A stretch of DNA of 64,000 nucleotides from an uncultured bacterium (lineage in GTDB: Bacteria > Armatimonadota > SYMT01), in assembly GCA_964609085.1 (NCBI GenBank), contig CAZSRZ010000001.1, positions 658 to 64,657 of the forward strand, given 5' to 3'. The notes beneath the pieces are model-generated. The model ran no database searches. It had not been told where the DNA came from and was given only the letters and a program-made list of their open reading frames with translations. How positions within the stretch are numbered: the first letter of the stretch is position 1; each line of letters begins with the position of its first letter. Positions 38,901-47,107 of this stretch are shown piece after piece. Both the position numbers and the translations under genes were made by a program.

Positions 38901-39379
38901 GCGCGTCTCTGCCTATCCACGCGCTGCTCCCCAAGGAGTACATTCCAACTGAGGGCCTCCGGATCGGGTTCTACAAGAAGATCGCGGGGTGTCGAACACT
39001 CGCCGACGTGGAGATGGTGCAGACCGAGCTGGAGGACCGATTCGGCGATCCCCCGAACCCGGTCTGGAACCTGCTCGCGCTGATGCGGTTACGGGTCGAT
39101 TGCCTGAGCGCGGGAGTGGCACGAATCGAGACGGACAAGGAATCCGTCGTCTTGTGGTTGGCACGGCGGGTCGATCGTGAGGAAGCACGGGAACTGACCC
39201 GGTCCAACCGCCGCATTCAACTCTCGTCCGACAGGCTGGTGCTCTACTACGATGGGGACAACCCGCTTAGACCCGTTCAGAACATGGTCAAGGCTCTGCA
39301 GCGGGGAGGCGGTCCGGCGGCGGCGGCGGCGGTGCAGGCGAAGCTGGCCGCAGTGGATGCCGCGGGGGCAAAGCGCTGA
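35966..39379 (+). CDS. mfd: Transcription-repair coupling factor Mfd
   Basis: 1137 aa. UvrB-like N-terminal region. RecG-like helicase motifs ([27 protein letters not shown]). C-terminal TRCF domain. Confidence 0.9.
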   Translation: MPLDILFPYLNQAEEYRRAVAALRLDDAPVWIEGLAGPAKAAVVAALSRELDRVVLCLTASEDHAERLAADIRSLGFAADEVALYPEGEADLAEPPAHGLTASSVEPERRALARSRLAVLEGLADRRVRCIAAPIQAALRETVRPLAELRVDLRVGEHLSLTSFIQRLADLGYERVTLVDSPGLMAVRGGLLDIWPATRPGPVRMELLGDLVESLREFDPATQRSTGDLLEVTVMPASEAVTAAGSEGEAVTILEHLPAGSIVILDEPGHVHTSWQVSRQARRGGGDGGQAEASLHFDSFFARCRSFRLTFLTLISHSIPWLRKSLGEVTPVRTVLTSGVVETAKGDIPELANRVRSWLAAGNRVMLASDQPHRVAELLVAHDVPSSIDDAGSTDAETRIVRVVHGRLSAGFRFPGIRLVVLSDTEVFGSTRERRKGTAGRAPRKFQDSRPIISLLELKEGDLVVHVTHGIGRYRGLVQRTVAGIPREFLQVDYQDPDRLFVPSDQLDRVQKYIGTEGHAATLHRLGGQEWARTKSKVRARVQEMARELLDLYASRSAARGHAFAEDSVWQEEMEAAFPYRETRDQLRAIWDVKRDMEAPRPMDRLVCGDVGYGKTEVAIRAAFKAVTDGKQVAVLVPTTVLAQQHYNTFTERLAAFPLTIRVLSRFCSRQEIKQTLQGISDGVVDVAIGTHRLLSKDVKFVDLGLLIVDEEQRFGVAHKERLKQLRQSVDVLTLTATPIPRTLNLSLSGLRDMSVIEEPPEGRLAVRTYCLEWDDAVVRDAILHELDRGGQTYFVHNRIETIHRQAERLQKLAPQARIRVGHGQMKDTELEDIMLSFYDGEYDVLVCTTIIESGLDIPNTNTILINNAEHLGLAQLHQLRGRVGRSSNQAYCYLLHTPHRQLTEVAEMRLAAIREFTHLGAGFNLALRDLEIRGAGNLLGGEQSGNMVSVGFDLFCQMIEEAVKELKGESVEEKFLPSASLPIHALLPKEYIPTEGLRIGFYKKIAGCRTLADVEMVQTELEDRFGDPPNPVWNLLALMRLRVDCLSAGVARIETDKESVVLWLARRVDREEARELTRSNRRIQLSSDRLVLYYDGDNPLRPVQNMVKALQRGGGPAAAAAVQAKLAAVDAAGAKR

Positions 39380-39404
39380 CAGGGTGGGTCTGGGGGCGAG
39401 ACCG

Positions 39405-39599
39405 ATGGCGGAACAAGAAGAACAACGAGCAGACCGCGAACTTCGCTGCGACACCTGCGGCTGTGTGACCGAGACGGTGCGGCGCGTGGTTGTGGACTCC
39501 GGTTACAACCGGGCAAACTCGCGCCCCATATTCAACTGCCCGGACTGCTTCGAGCGCAAGCTTGCGACCCGAGCAGGCAAGCGTGGCGGCGACGGCTGA
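39405..39599 (+). CDS. Small zinc-ribbon-like protein (64 aa, hypothetical)
   Basis: Two cysteine pairs (CDTCGC ... CPDC). The TGA stop is 1 nt before the GTG start of plsC. Internal start chosen at MAEQEEQ. Confidence 0.4.
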   Translation: MAEQEEQRADRELRCDTCGCVTETVRRVVVDSGYNRANSRPIFNCPDCFERKLATRAGKRGGDG

Positions 39600-39600
39600 G

Positions 39601-40311
39601 GTGCGCCCGCCCCGCACCACGCGCTACCGGCTTGATCCGCCTGGACCCGTCATCTGGGGCGCGTCGCGGCTCCTGGGCCGCGGGCTCTTCAGCTTCTTCG
39701 GCGGCCTCCGTTTCTCGGGTACGGAGCACCTCCCCGCCGAGGGAGCCGCGCTGTTGATCGGAAACCACCGGAGTTGGGCCGACCCGCCCGCAGTGCTGCT
39801 CTCCTCCGCCCGCCCTCCCCTCTTCATGGCCAACGAATTCCTCTTCCGCATCCCGTTGCTGGGAGGCATCATCCGCTTTTACGGCTCCTTTCCTGTCCAC
39901 CGGGGCAGGTTGGACCGGGAGGCGATCCGAATGGCCGAAGAACGGCTCCAACGCGGACACTTGCTCACCATCTTCCCCGAGGGCGGGACGACCATCACCG
40001 GCGTGCTCTATCCCTTCGAGGGAGGAGCGGCGATGATCGCCGTGCGGCAGAATGTCCCGGTGATCCCCTTCGGAATCACCGGCTCCGACCGCGTCCTTCC
40101 GATGAAACGACCGTTCTATCCCCGGTACGCCAGGGGTGGAGTGCACGTGAAGTTTGGCCCCGCGATTCACCCCCGGGATCTAGATGGGGCGCTTCCTCAC
40201 CGCGAGCGGATCCGTGTGCTCACCGAGCGGATGGAGGAGTCCGTCGCCGCGTTGCTCCCCGCGGACCACCTCCCGGACCGGCTGCGACACCTGGCCCGCC
40301 CATCTAGGTGA
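39601..40311 (+). CDS. plsC: 1-acyl-sn-glycerol-3-phosphate acyltransferase
   Basis: Acyltransferase HX4D motif (NHRSWAD) and FPEGGT motif. GTG start inferred. The track ORF begins upstream in the same frame. Confidence 0.8.
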   Translation: MRPPRTTRYRLDPPGPVIWGASRLLGRGLFSFFGGLRFSGTEHLPAEGAALLIGNHRSWADPPAVLLSSARPPLFMANEFLFRIPLLGGIIRFYGSFPVHRGRLDREAIRMAEERLQRGHLLTIFPEGGTTITGVLYPFEGGAAMIAVRQNVPVIPFGITGSDRVLPMKRPFYPRYARGGVHVKFGPAIHPRDLDGALPHRERIRVLTERMEESVAALLPADHLPDRLRHLARPSR

Positions 40312-41298
40312 TCACCCGACCTCCCGGGCGATCTCCTCGCCGATCACGCGGACCTCGGTCTCCAGGCGAACCTCAAACCGTTCCAGCACGCACGCCCTTA
40401 CGTGCTCGATCAGGTTCAGGACGTCGCTGGCAGTGGCACCGCCGGCATTGATAATGAACCCCGCGTGCTTGGTGGAGATCTGGGCGCCGCCCACGCAATG
40501 GCCCTTCAGGCCGAGTTGCTCCACCATCGGTCCGACGTACTTGCCGGGGGGTCTCTTGAATACGGAGCCCGCGCTGGGCCAATTGAGCGGTTGCTTCGAC
40601 TCGCGGAGGTACTGGTTGTGCGCCATAGTGGCCAGTGCGCGCTCCGGAATGCACGGACACAGCTCCATGGCTATCGAGACAACGACCCAGGGTCGCCGCT
40701 GTAGGATGCTGGTCCGATACTGAAACTCTAATGCCTGCGCTGGAATAGTCCGCAGCTCCCCCGATTCGTCAATCACAGTCACTGCCCGGACGACGTCCTT
40801 CATCTCGCCGTGGTAGGCCCCGGCATTCATCATGACGCCGCCGCCGATGGTCCCCGGGATCCCGACGGCAAACTCGAGCCCGGACAGGCCCGCGAGCGCC
40901 GCCACTCGCGATACGCGACCAAGGGGTGCGCCGGCCTGCGCCACCAGGGCCACTCCGTCGATCCAGATGCCGCCAAGGTTGTCGGCCACCTTCATCACTA
41001 CACCACGCAGGCCGCCGTCCCTGACGAGGAGGTTGGTGCCGTTCCCGATGATCGTCAGCGGCAGGCCGACCGCCCGAATCGCGCGGACGACCCTCCCAAC
41101 ATCCTCCACCGAGGTCGGGAGCACCAGGAGATCAGCGGGGCCGCCGATCCTGAAGCTGGTGTGTGCGGACATCGGCTCCCCGATGCTTGCCGGGATGTCG
41201 GCGAGCTGCCGGTGAACGGCGGCGACCGCTTCGGAGTGGCCCAGGGGGCTCTCGAGTTGGATTCGAGACTCCTCGACGCGGGCCGGATCGGTGCTCAT
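40312..41298 (-). CDS. murB: UDP-N-acetylenolpyruvoylglucosamine reductase MurB
   Basis: FAD-binding region (FRIGGPADLLV...IIGNGTNLL) and C-terminal MurB region (SAGSVFKRP, GGAQISTKHAGFIIN). Start taken at MSTDP, giving 329 aa. The track ORF is over-extended. Confidence 0.85.
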   Translation of the reverse strand: MSTDPARVEESRIQLESPLGHSEAVAAVHRQLADIPASIGEPMSAHTSFRIGGPADLLVLPTSVEDVGRVVRAIRAVGLPLTIIGNGTNLLVRDGGLRGVVMKVADNLGGIWIDGVALVAQAGAPLGRVSRVAALAGLSGLEFAVGIPGTIGGGVMMNAGAYHGEMKDVVRAVTVIDESGELRTIPAQALEFQYRTSILQRRPWVVVSIAMELCPCIPERALATMAHNQYLRESKQPLNWPSAGSVFKRPPGKYVGPMVEQLGLKGHCVGGAQISTKHAGFIINAGGATASDVLNLIEHVRACVLERFEVRLETEVRVIGEEIAREVG

Positions 41299-41330
41299 GA
41301 TCCCATCTTCGGCCCCAGGATGGGCCGGGT

Positions 41331-42380
41331 TCAATCCTTCACTTCCGGAGCTTCCAGTTGCTTGAGCCTTTTCTCCAGTTGCCGCATGCGAGTCAGGATG
41401 GTGGGCAACTGATCCATCGCCAGGATCACGCGCATCTGCTCCCAGTGAGGTCGCTCCGGGCTTCCGGACAGCATCTCCCCGGCCGGGTGGGACTTCCACA
41501 CCCCCGCTCTCGCCGCGATATAGCACCCGTCCCCAATGGTGACGTGGTCCCGCACGCCCGCCTGCCCACCCATCACCACACCGTTGCCGACGACTGAACT
41601 ACCGGCAATCCCGACCTGCGACACAATGATGCAATTCCTGCCAAGGCGCACATTGTGGGCGATCTGCACTTGGTTGTCGAGCTTGGTGCCGGCCCCGATC
41701 ACTGTCTCACCGGTCGTGGCGCGGTCGATCGTCGTGTTGGCGCCGATCTCGACGTCATCCTCGACCCGAACCCGCCCGATCTGGGGGATCTTCACATGCT
41801 GCTGGCCGTCGAATTCGTAACCATATCCGTCCGCTCCAATCACGGCACCCGCATGCACCCGCACCCGCTCTCCGAAGACGCTGCGGGCGTAGACAACGCA
41901 GTTCCCGAAGAAGACCGTGTCGGCCCCCACCTCGCAGTCATCGCCGATGGTGGTGTGAGGGTAGAGCACCACTCTAGGGCCAAGAACCACGTGCTCGCCG
42001 ACGACGACGTAGGGACCGATGCGCGCGGTCGGATCCACACTGGCCGTTTCGGCAATGATGGCGGTCGGGTGAATCCCACTCGGGTGACGCTCTGGGTCGT
42101 AGAGAGCGAGGATACGGGCGTAGGCCAGCTTTACTTTTTGTACGAGAATACAGGGCTTCTGATCGACGGGGCCGACCTCGCTGTCGACCAGGAGGGCGGA
42201 CGCGCGACCCTCGAGCGCGGCCGAAAGGTACTTCGGCTCCTCGACGCGCACCAGACTGCCGCTGGTCGCATTATCGAGACCCGTGACGGAGGTGACCATA
42301 ACGTTGGGGTCACCGTAGAGCTCCCCCCCCACCAGCGCGTGCAGTTGCCCCAGGGTGTGTGCTTGCAGTTCCACGGTCAC
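41331..42380 (-). CDS. lpxD: UDP-3-O-(3-hydroxyacyl)glucosamine N-acyltransferase LpxD
   Basis: Collinear with E. coli LpxD. Left-handed beta-helix hexapeptide repeats. Conserved block IPQIGRVRVEDDVEIGANTTIDRAT and HNV catalytic His region. Confidence 0.85.
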   Translation of the reverse strand: MTVELQAHTLGQLHALVGGELYGDPNVMVTSVTGLDNATSGSLVRVEEPKYLSAALEGRASALLVDSEVGPVDQKPCILVQKVKLAYARILALYDPERHPSGIHPTAIIAETASVDPTARIGPYVVVGEHVVLGPRVVLYPHTTIGDDCEVGADTVFFGNCVVYARSVFGERVRVHAGAVIGADGYGYEFDGQQHVKIPQIGRVRVEDDVEIGANTTIDRATTGETVIGAGTKLDNQVQIAHNVRLGRNCIIVSQVGIAGSSVVGNGVVMGGQAGVRDHVTIGDGCYIAARAGVWKSHPAGEMLSGSPERPHWEQMRVILAMDQLPTILTRMRQLEKRLKQLEAPEVKD

Positions 42381-43542
42381 GGACAGTTCCTCGGTTCGGT
42401 TCTCGGCGCACGCGGGCGCGAAAGGCCGTTAAGTATTCCACGGTGCGATCCGGACCGTCGCTCGGGTTCCGGCCCAGTGTCTGACGTCGACGCAGAGCTT
42501 CGGACTTCGCCCAGCCGGCCACATCCTCGCGGACGAGGTGAACAACCTGTTCTCGCTCGCGGATCAGCGCCTGTCTTTGGGTGCCCAGTTCCGCCCGACG
42601 GATGGTGGGTGACTCCGGCCACTCCACCGGCCCCTTCGCCACCTTTTTCGGCCCCGCCGGCTCCTCGCCAACATAGTCGGGAGGAGGGCTGGGCAGGTCC
42701 TGGCCAAGCCTGCCCAGGGCAGTTCGCTCTTCCTCTCGCAAATGGGCGGCTTGCTCGCGGCGCTGGGTTTCCAGAATCTGCCGAGCCCGAGTGATGAGCT
42801 CCGGCGGCACCTCCATGCGCGGCCGCGTCGGCGGCTCCAATCGTCGCTCCAGGAATTCAAGCTGTCGGGCGCGAGCTGCCTCGATTTCGGACCGGAGTTG
42901 TTCGCGCCGGCGGCGCCGACGACGCAACTCCTCCGGCCGGAGGAGCAGCCTATCCTGCGGGTGTTCGCCAATGTCCTCAAGCTCGCGGAGCAACCGCGTC
43001 AGCGCCTCCGCCAGCGAGGTCGCTGTGGTCAGCGCTGCGGTATCATCCACGGGACGCGGCTGCCTCTGCGCCTTGAGGTAGACGCCCCGCAGGCGCTCAA
43101 GCTCGGCGTTGAACTCGTCCTGCGGTCGGTCCGGTTCGGCACCCTGCCGCGCGGCGAATTCCTCCCGAACTCCCTGTGCTGCCCGTTCATTGTTGGACCG
43201 AAGGTCAATCCCCGGGATGGGCGGCAGGACCTGGTCTCCAAGTGCCCCGTGTTGCGACGGAACCGGCGGTCGCGGTATGTGGGTTGCGGGGCCAGGAGCG
43301 TCGAGCCGGGAGAGTTGGCGATCCAGACGCGCGATGTTCCCGAACGCCGGATGACTACTGGATAGTCGGCTCAGGTCCACCCAGACCGTCTCCGTAGCCG
43401 GCGGACCAGGCGGGGACGAGGGTGGAGCGGGCGATGGATTCCGACGACAGCCGGTGATCCCGAGGGCCAAAAGCAGGACGCCGCCGAGCACGGAACAAAA
43501 CGATCCGGCTCGGCGACGGGCCTGTCTGGGTACTGAACTCAT
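42310..43542 (-). CDS. Hypothetical lipoprotein, Arg/Glu-rich coiled-coil
   Basis: Signal peptide plus lipobox (LLLALGITGC). Long charged helical region. Occupies the gap between skp and lpxD. Its 3' end overlaps the lpxD start by about 71 nt. Composition is partly low-complexity, so confidence is moderate. Confidence 0.45.
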   Translation of the reverse strand: MSSVPRQARRRAGSFCSVLGGVLLLALGITGCRRNPSPAPPSSPPGPPATETVWVDLSRLSSSHPAFGNIARLDRQLSRLDAPGPATHIPRPPVPSQHGALGDQVLPPIPGIDLRSNNERAAQGVREEFAARQGAEPDRPQDEFNAELERLRGVYLKAQRQPRPVDDTAALTTATSLAEALTRLLRELEDIGEHPQDRLLLRPEELRRRRRRREQLRSEIEAARARQLEFLERRLEPPTRPRMEVPPELITRARQILETQRREQAAHLREEERTALGRLGQDLPSPPPDYVGEEPAGPKKVAKGPVEWPESPTIRRAELGTQRQALIREREQVVHLVREDVAGWAKSEALRRRQTLGRNPSDGPDRTVEYLTAFRARVRREPNRGTVRDRGTASTHPGATARAGGGGALR

Positions 43543-43581
43543 CGGGGCAACCCACGCGGGCCGTCGGAGTTCCGCGAGGCC

Positions 43582-44241
43582 CTACTTCTTGGGGCCAACC
43601 TTCTGCAGAATGTCCTGCGTTAGATCCGTCCCGCCGGCGAGGACCGCTTGCTTATCCAGCACGATCGCCAGGTCCTTGCTCGCGGCCACGTCGCCGCAGG
43701 TCTTGAGCACCTTCACCTGCATCTGGTTCAGGGCCTCCTGCTCCAGCTTGCGGAGTTCCTCCGCACGCTTGTCGGCTTCGCCGCGGACCGCCTGGACGGC
43801 CGCCTCCCGCAGGGCGAGCAATTCCTTGTGCCGCTTACTCTGCTCGTCCGTCAGCTTCTCAGTCTGGGCGAGGGTCTGGTACTCCGCGTCCAGCTTGTCG
43901 CTCTTGCCCTCCAAATCCCGGATCTGGGTCTGTTCTGCCGCCGAGGGCGTCTTCTTGGCCCGCAGGTTGTCAAGCTGGGTCCGCTCTGCCGGCGTGAGGT
44001 AACGAATCTTGGTCAGTTGCTCAAGCTCGACCTGGTATCGCTGCTGATCCGCCTGGAACTTCTCCACCAGGACTTTCCAGGCAGCGGTTTCTTTGATCTG
44101 CTCAGTGACCTGCGCCAGATCCACGTATCCAATGGTGGCTGCGGCACCCTTGGGGGCCGGCGCGGCCGTGAGGCCACGGCCACCAAGGACCACACCGAGA
44201 CCGACCGCCGCTACCATCGCGGCTGTGACAGCGAAACGCAT
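43582..44241 (-). CDS. skp: OmpH/Skp-family periplasmic chaperone
   Basis: Signal peptide, then the IGYVDLAQV start typical of Skp, then Gln/Lys/Glu-rich coiled-coil. Sits between the Omp85 gene and lpxD, as in many diderms. Confidence 0.75.
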   Translation of the reverse strand: MRFAVTAAMVAAVGLGVVLGGRGLTAAPAPKGAAATIGYVDLAQVTEQIKETAAWKVLVEKFQADQQRYQVELEQLTKIRYLTPAERTQLDNLRAKKTPSAAEQTQIRDLEGKSDKLDAEYQTLAQTEKLTDEQSKRHKELLALREAAVQAVRGEADKRAEELRKLEQEALNQMQVKVLKTCGDVAASKDLAIVLDKQAVLAGGTDLTQDILQKVGPKK

Positions 44242-44347
44242 CTTCCGACCTCCAGCCCGCCGGACGTGCAGACGCACGGTGGGGAAAACGATTCTAACTA
44301 CCCTCGGTAATCCCTGTCAGCAACATCTCCGTCCGGGGAGGTTGCGA

Positions 44348-46231
44348 TTAGAAGGCGTGCCCAATGCTGAAGTGGGTTCGGCCGCCCTCTTCGCCGTACC
44401 CAAAATCAAGACGGATGGGGCCGATCGGGGTGGCGACCCGCAGGCCGATCCCGATGGAGGCGAAGGGGCGGATGGAGCCGTGCTGTCGGAAATCCGTGGC
44501 GAACTTCTTGCCCCCAAAGCGGAAATTACTCTGCGAGCCGAAGGCATCGCCGACGTCTGCGAACAGCACCCCGGTGATCTTCGGGAACAGTGGGTGCCGG
44601 TACTCGACGCTCCCCAGATACATCGTGTTGCCCCAGAAGCGGTCTTCCAGATAACCCCGAAGCATGTCCGACCCGCCGACGAAGAACTGCTCGAAGAAGG
44701 GCACGTCGCTGAGGATGTGGCCGGCGAGCAACCTGACCGCGACCACGGGCACCTTTTCGCTCTCCCGCTGACGATCCGGCTCTTTGGTCGACTTCAGGCC
44801 ACGCAACCGGTAGTACCGCCGGTACTCGCCGATGAACTTGGTGAAGATGCTGTTGTCAAACGAATCGACGTTGGACTTATCCACCCGAGCGTAGCCGACC
44901 TCGGTCGTGAACCGGGAGAACACGCCTGTCGTGGGGTTGTTGGCGTAATCCCGGCTGTTCCAGTAGCGCGTGGCACTGACCGCGGCGACCGAGCCGTCCT
45001 GCGTCGGGAAGGTAATCTTCTTGGAGAAGTCACCGACGTGCACGTCGTCGTAGCGCACACCTAGCGTAATCGGCCACTGGAAGGGACGGCCAAAGGCGAC
45101 CTGCCCGCCAAGGCGGCGCTCGAAGTAGCGCCCGTCTCTCAAGTTCCGGGTGTCGATCAGGTCCTGCGAGAAGCGGTAGACGAGCTTGTCGTAGACATTG
45201 ACTGAGAGCGAGGTGTGGGTAGAGGTCAGCCAGGGTTCGTAGTAGGAGAGCTCCACGCTCGGGAGGCCGTCGCCTCCGAAGCTGCCGATCTCGCCGGCGA
45301 TGCTGACGGACTGCCCCTTCCCCTGGAAATTCTGCTCGCTGAGCTCGATCCGGCCGATCAGGTGCTGACGAGGGCTGTAGCCGGCGCCGACGGATACCTG
45401 GCCGGTCTGCTTGTCTTTCACGTTCCAGGTCAATTCGATCGTGTCGAGTTCTTCGCCCTGGCTTTGAGTGGGCTCCACCAACTCAAAGTACGGAAGGTCG
45501 GCGAGACGCCGGTAGTCTTCCCCGATCATCCGGGTGTTGTAGAGGGCGCCCTGTCGCTGGCTGAGCTCTCGCAGCACGACGTACGTGCGTGTCTTCTGCT
45601 GCGGTTCCGTGCGGACAACGTTTCCCTGTCGATCCTTGATCTGCCGATCGGGGAACTTGATGTTCACCTTCGAGATCCGCAGCTCGTGGATGATCATGCG
45701 GATGATGCCCTTGCCCTCGAAATCGGCGTCGGGCGGGGTGACGTCCGCGTTGTCCTCGATCCGGACCAGGTAGCCTTTGTCCGTGTACTGTCGGATGATC
45801 GCCGCGCGGTCCGCAGCCCAGTTGGAGCGGTTGAAAACCTGGTCGTTCTTGAGTTTCAGACCGGATGTCAGTTGCCCCTCGGGGAAGATCGTGCTTCCGG
45901 TGACCTCGATCTTCTTGATGACCGGGTACTCCTCCACCGAGAAGATGACCCGGACGTTGTTGCCGACGCGTTCAGGCAGCACAGCCACATTGCGGAAGAA
46001 GCCGAGGCCCTCAATGGCGGCCCGGTCTCTCTCGAGTCGCTCTGCCGAGGCCTCGTCGCCGACTTTCGAGCCGATGACGGAAAGGATGACCTCCTTGTTG
46101 ATCCGTTGATTCCCGCGGACGTCCACCTCGGTAACCCGGAGAGCCTGCGCATGGACAGGCGCGGCGGCCGCACACAACGCAATCACTCCGCCGGCCAGAC
46201 CCCAGCCGCCCCTTCGCGCCAGCAAGCTCAT
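44348..46231 (-). CDS. bamA: Omp85-family outer-membrane protein assembly factor (BamA-like; POTRA domains plus beta-barrel)
   Basis: Signal peptide. N-terminal POTRA-like region. C-terminal barrel with aromatic-rich beta-strands ending ...RLDFGYGEEGGRTHFSIGHAF, an Omp85 C-terminal signature ending in F. Confidence 0.8.
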   Translation of the reverse strand: MSLLARRGGWGLAGGVIALCAAAAPVHAQALRVTEVDVRGNQRINKEVILSVIGSKVGDEASAERLERDRAAIEGLGFFRNVAVLPERVGNNVRVIFSVEEYPVIKKIEVTGSTIFPEGQLTSGLKLKNDQVFNRSNWAADRAAIIRQYTDKGYLVRIEDNADVTPPDADFEGKGIIRMIIHELRISKVNIKFPDRQIKDRQGNVVRTEPQQKTRTYVVLRELSQRQGALYNTRMIGEDYRRLADLPYFELVEPTQSQGEELDTIELTWNVKDKQTGQVSVGAGYSPRQHLIGRIELSEQNFQGKGQSVSIAGEIGSFGGDGLPSVELSYYEPWLTSTHTSLSVNVYDKLVYRFSQDLIDTRNLRDGRYFERRLGGQVAFGRPFQWPITLGVRYDDVHVGDFSKKITFPTQDGSVAAVSATRYWNSRDYANNPTTGVFSRFTTEVGYARVDKSNVDSFDNSIFTKFIGEYRRYYRLRGLKSTKEPDRQRESEKVPVVAVRLLAGHILSDVPFFEQFFVGGSDMLRGYLEDRFWGNTMYLGSVEYRHPLFPKITGVLFADVGDAFGSQSNFRFGGKKFATDFRQHGSIRPFASIGIGLRVATPIGPIRLDFGYGEEGGRTHFSIGHAF

Positions 46232-46337
46232 TCGATCAGCTCCTTGTCCCCACTCGCCCGATGGGCCGGTGATCCCGACAGCCTGCACCGGCTTCCGAAT
46301 CGAGCCCTTCAGTCATATCGCAACCCCCGGCTCGCCG

Positions 46338-47000
46338 CTAGTTGCGCAGGTAGGCTTCCAGCTTTCGCCGGAGCATCAGACGTCCGCGGTGAATTCGCGT
46401 CTTCACCGCCTCCAGGCTCAAACCCGTGATCTCCGCGATCTCCATGTAAGGCAGGTGCTGGAGGTCACAGAAGATGATCACCTCGCGGTAGTCGTCCGGA
46501 AGTGCGGAGATGGCCTTCAACACGTACCGGTAGGTTTCGTTCCGTATCAACACATCCTGGGGCGACTGCTCCCAGTCCGCGATCTCCATCGGGCGCTGCG
46601 TCTCCTCGGACCCCACACTTGGGGCGTCGAGGGAGGGCCCTTCCACGTGTCGGCGGCGATCCCTCTGCCGGAACCTGTTCTTGCACTGGTTCAAGGCGAT
46701 CTGACAGAGCCAGGTGTGGATCTTGCAATCACCCCGGAAGGTCGGGAAGCTCTTGTATGCGTTCAGGAAGGTCTCCTGGGTGAGGTCCTCAGCCTCTTCA
46801 CGATCGTTGATCTGCCGCAGGATCAGATTGTAGATCTTCTTCCCGTACTTCTCGAGGAGTTGCTCGAAGCTGAGCAGGCGATCCTCGTCTTCGACGAGGG
46901 CGCGAACGGGGGCGGAACCTCCGCCCCCGGCTGGATCCTCCTCGGCCAAGGGAGCGGCCGGGGGAAGTACCCGCACACCTGCTGGGTTTGCCGTGTCCAT
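46338..47000 (-). CDS. ECF-type RNA polymerase sigma factor (sigma-70 regions 2 and 4)
   Basis: Region 2 (EDLTQETFLNAYKSFPTFRG...WLCQIALN) and region 4 (YREVIIFCDLQHLPYMEIAEITGLSLEAVKTRIHRGR). Confidence 0.8.
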   Translation of the reverse strand: MDTANPAGVRVLPPAAPLAEEDPAGGGGSAPVRALVEDEDRLLSFEQLLEKYGKKIYNLILRQINDREEAEDLTQETFLNAYKSFPTFRGDCKIHTWLCQIALNQCKNRFRQRDRRRHVEGPSLDAPSVGSEETQRPMEIADWEQSPQDVLIRNETYRYVLKAISALPDDYREVIIFCDLQHLPYMEIAEITGLSLEAVKTRIHRGRLMLRRKLEAYLRN

Positions 47001-47107
47001 CGGTCTTCGAGGTTTCGCTTGGCGTGCCCGTGCCACCCTGCCGCCTCCCGGACGCTTGCCCGGTTTGCGCGGCTCGGCACTCAGCCAACCAGCCTCGCCA
47101 CCTTCCA

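Noticed and set aside
41655-42794. 379-aa plus-strand ORF antisense to lpxD and the lipoprotein gene
   Set aside because: Antisense to lpxD, which is collinear with E. coli LpxD. The translation is low-complexity.
44093-46429. Plus-strand ORFs 44093..45064 and 45215..46429 antisense to the Omp85/BamA-like gene
   Set aside because: Antisense shadows. The BamA frame shows POTRA and beta-barrel signatures and the C-terminal aromatic residue.
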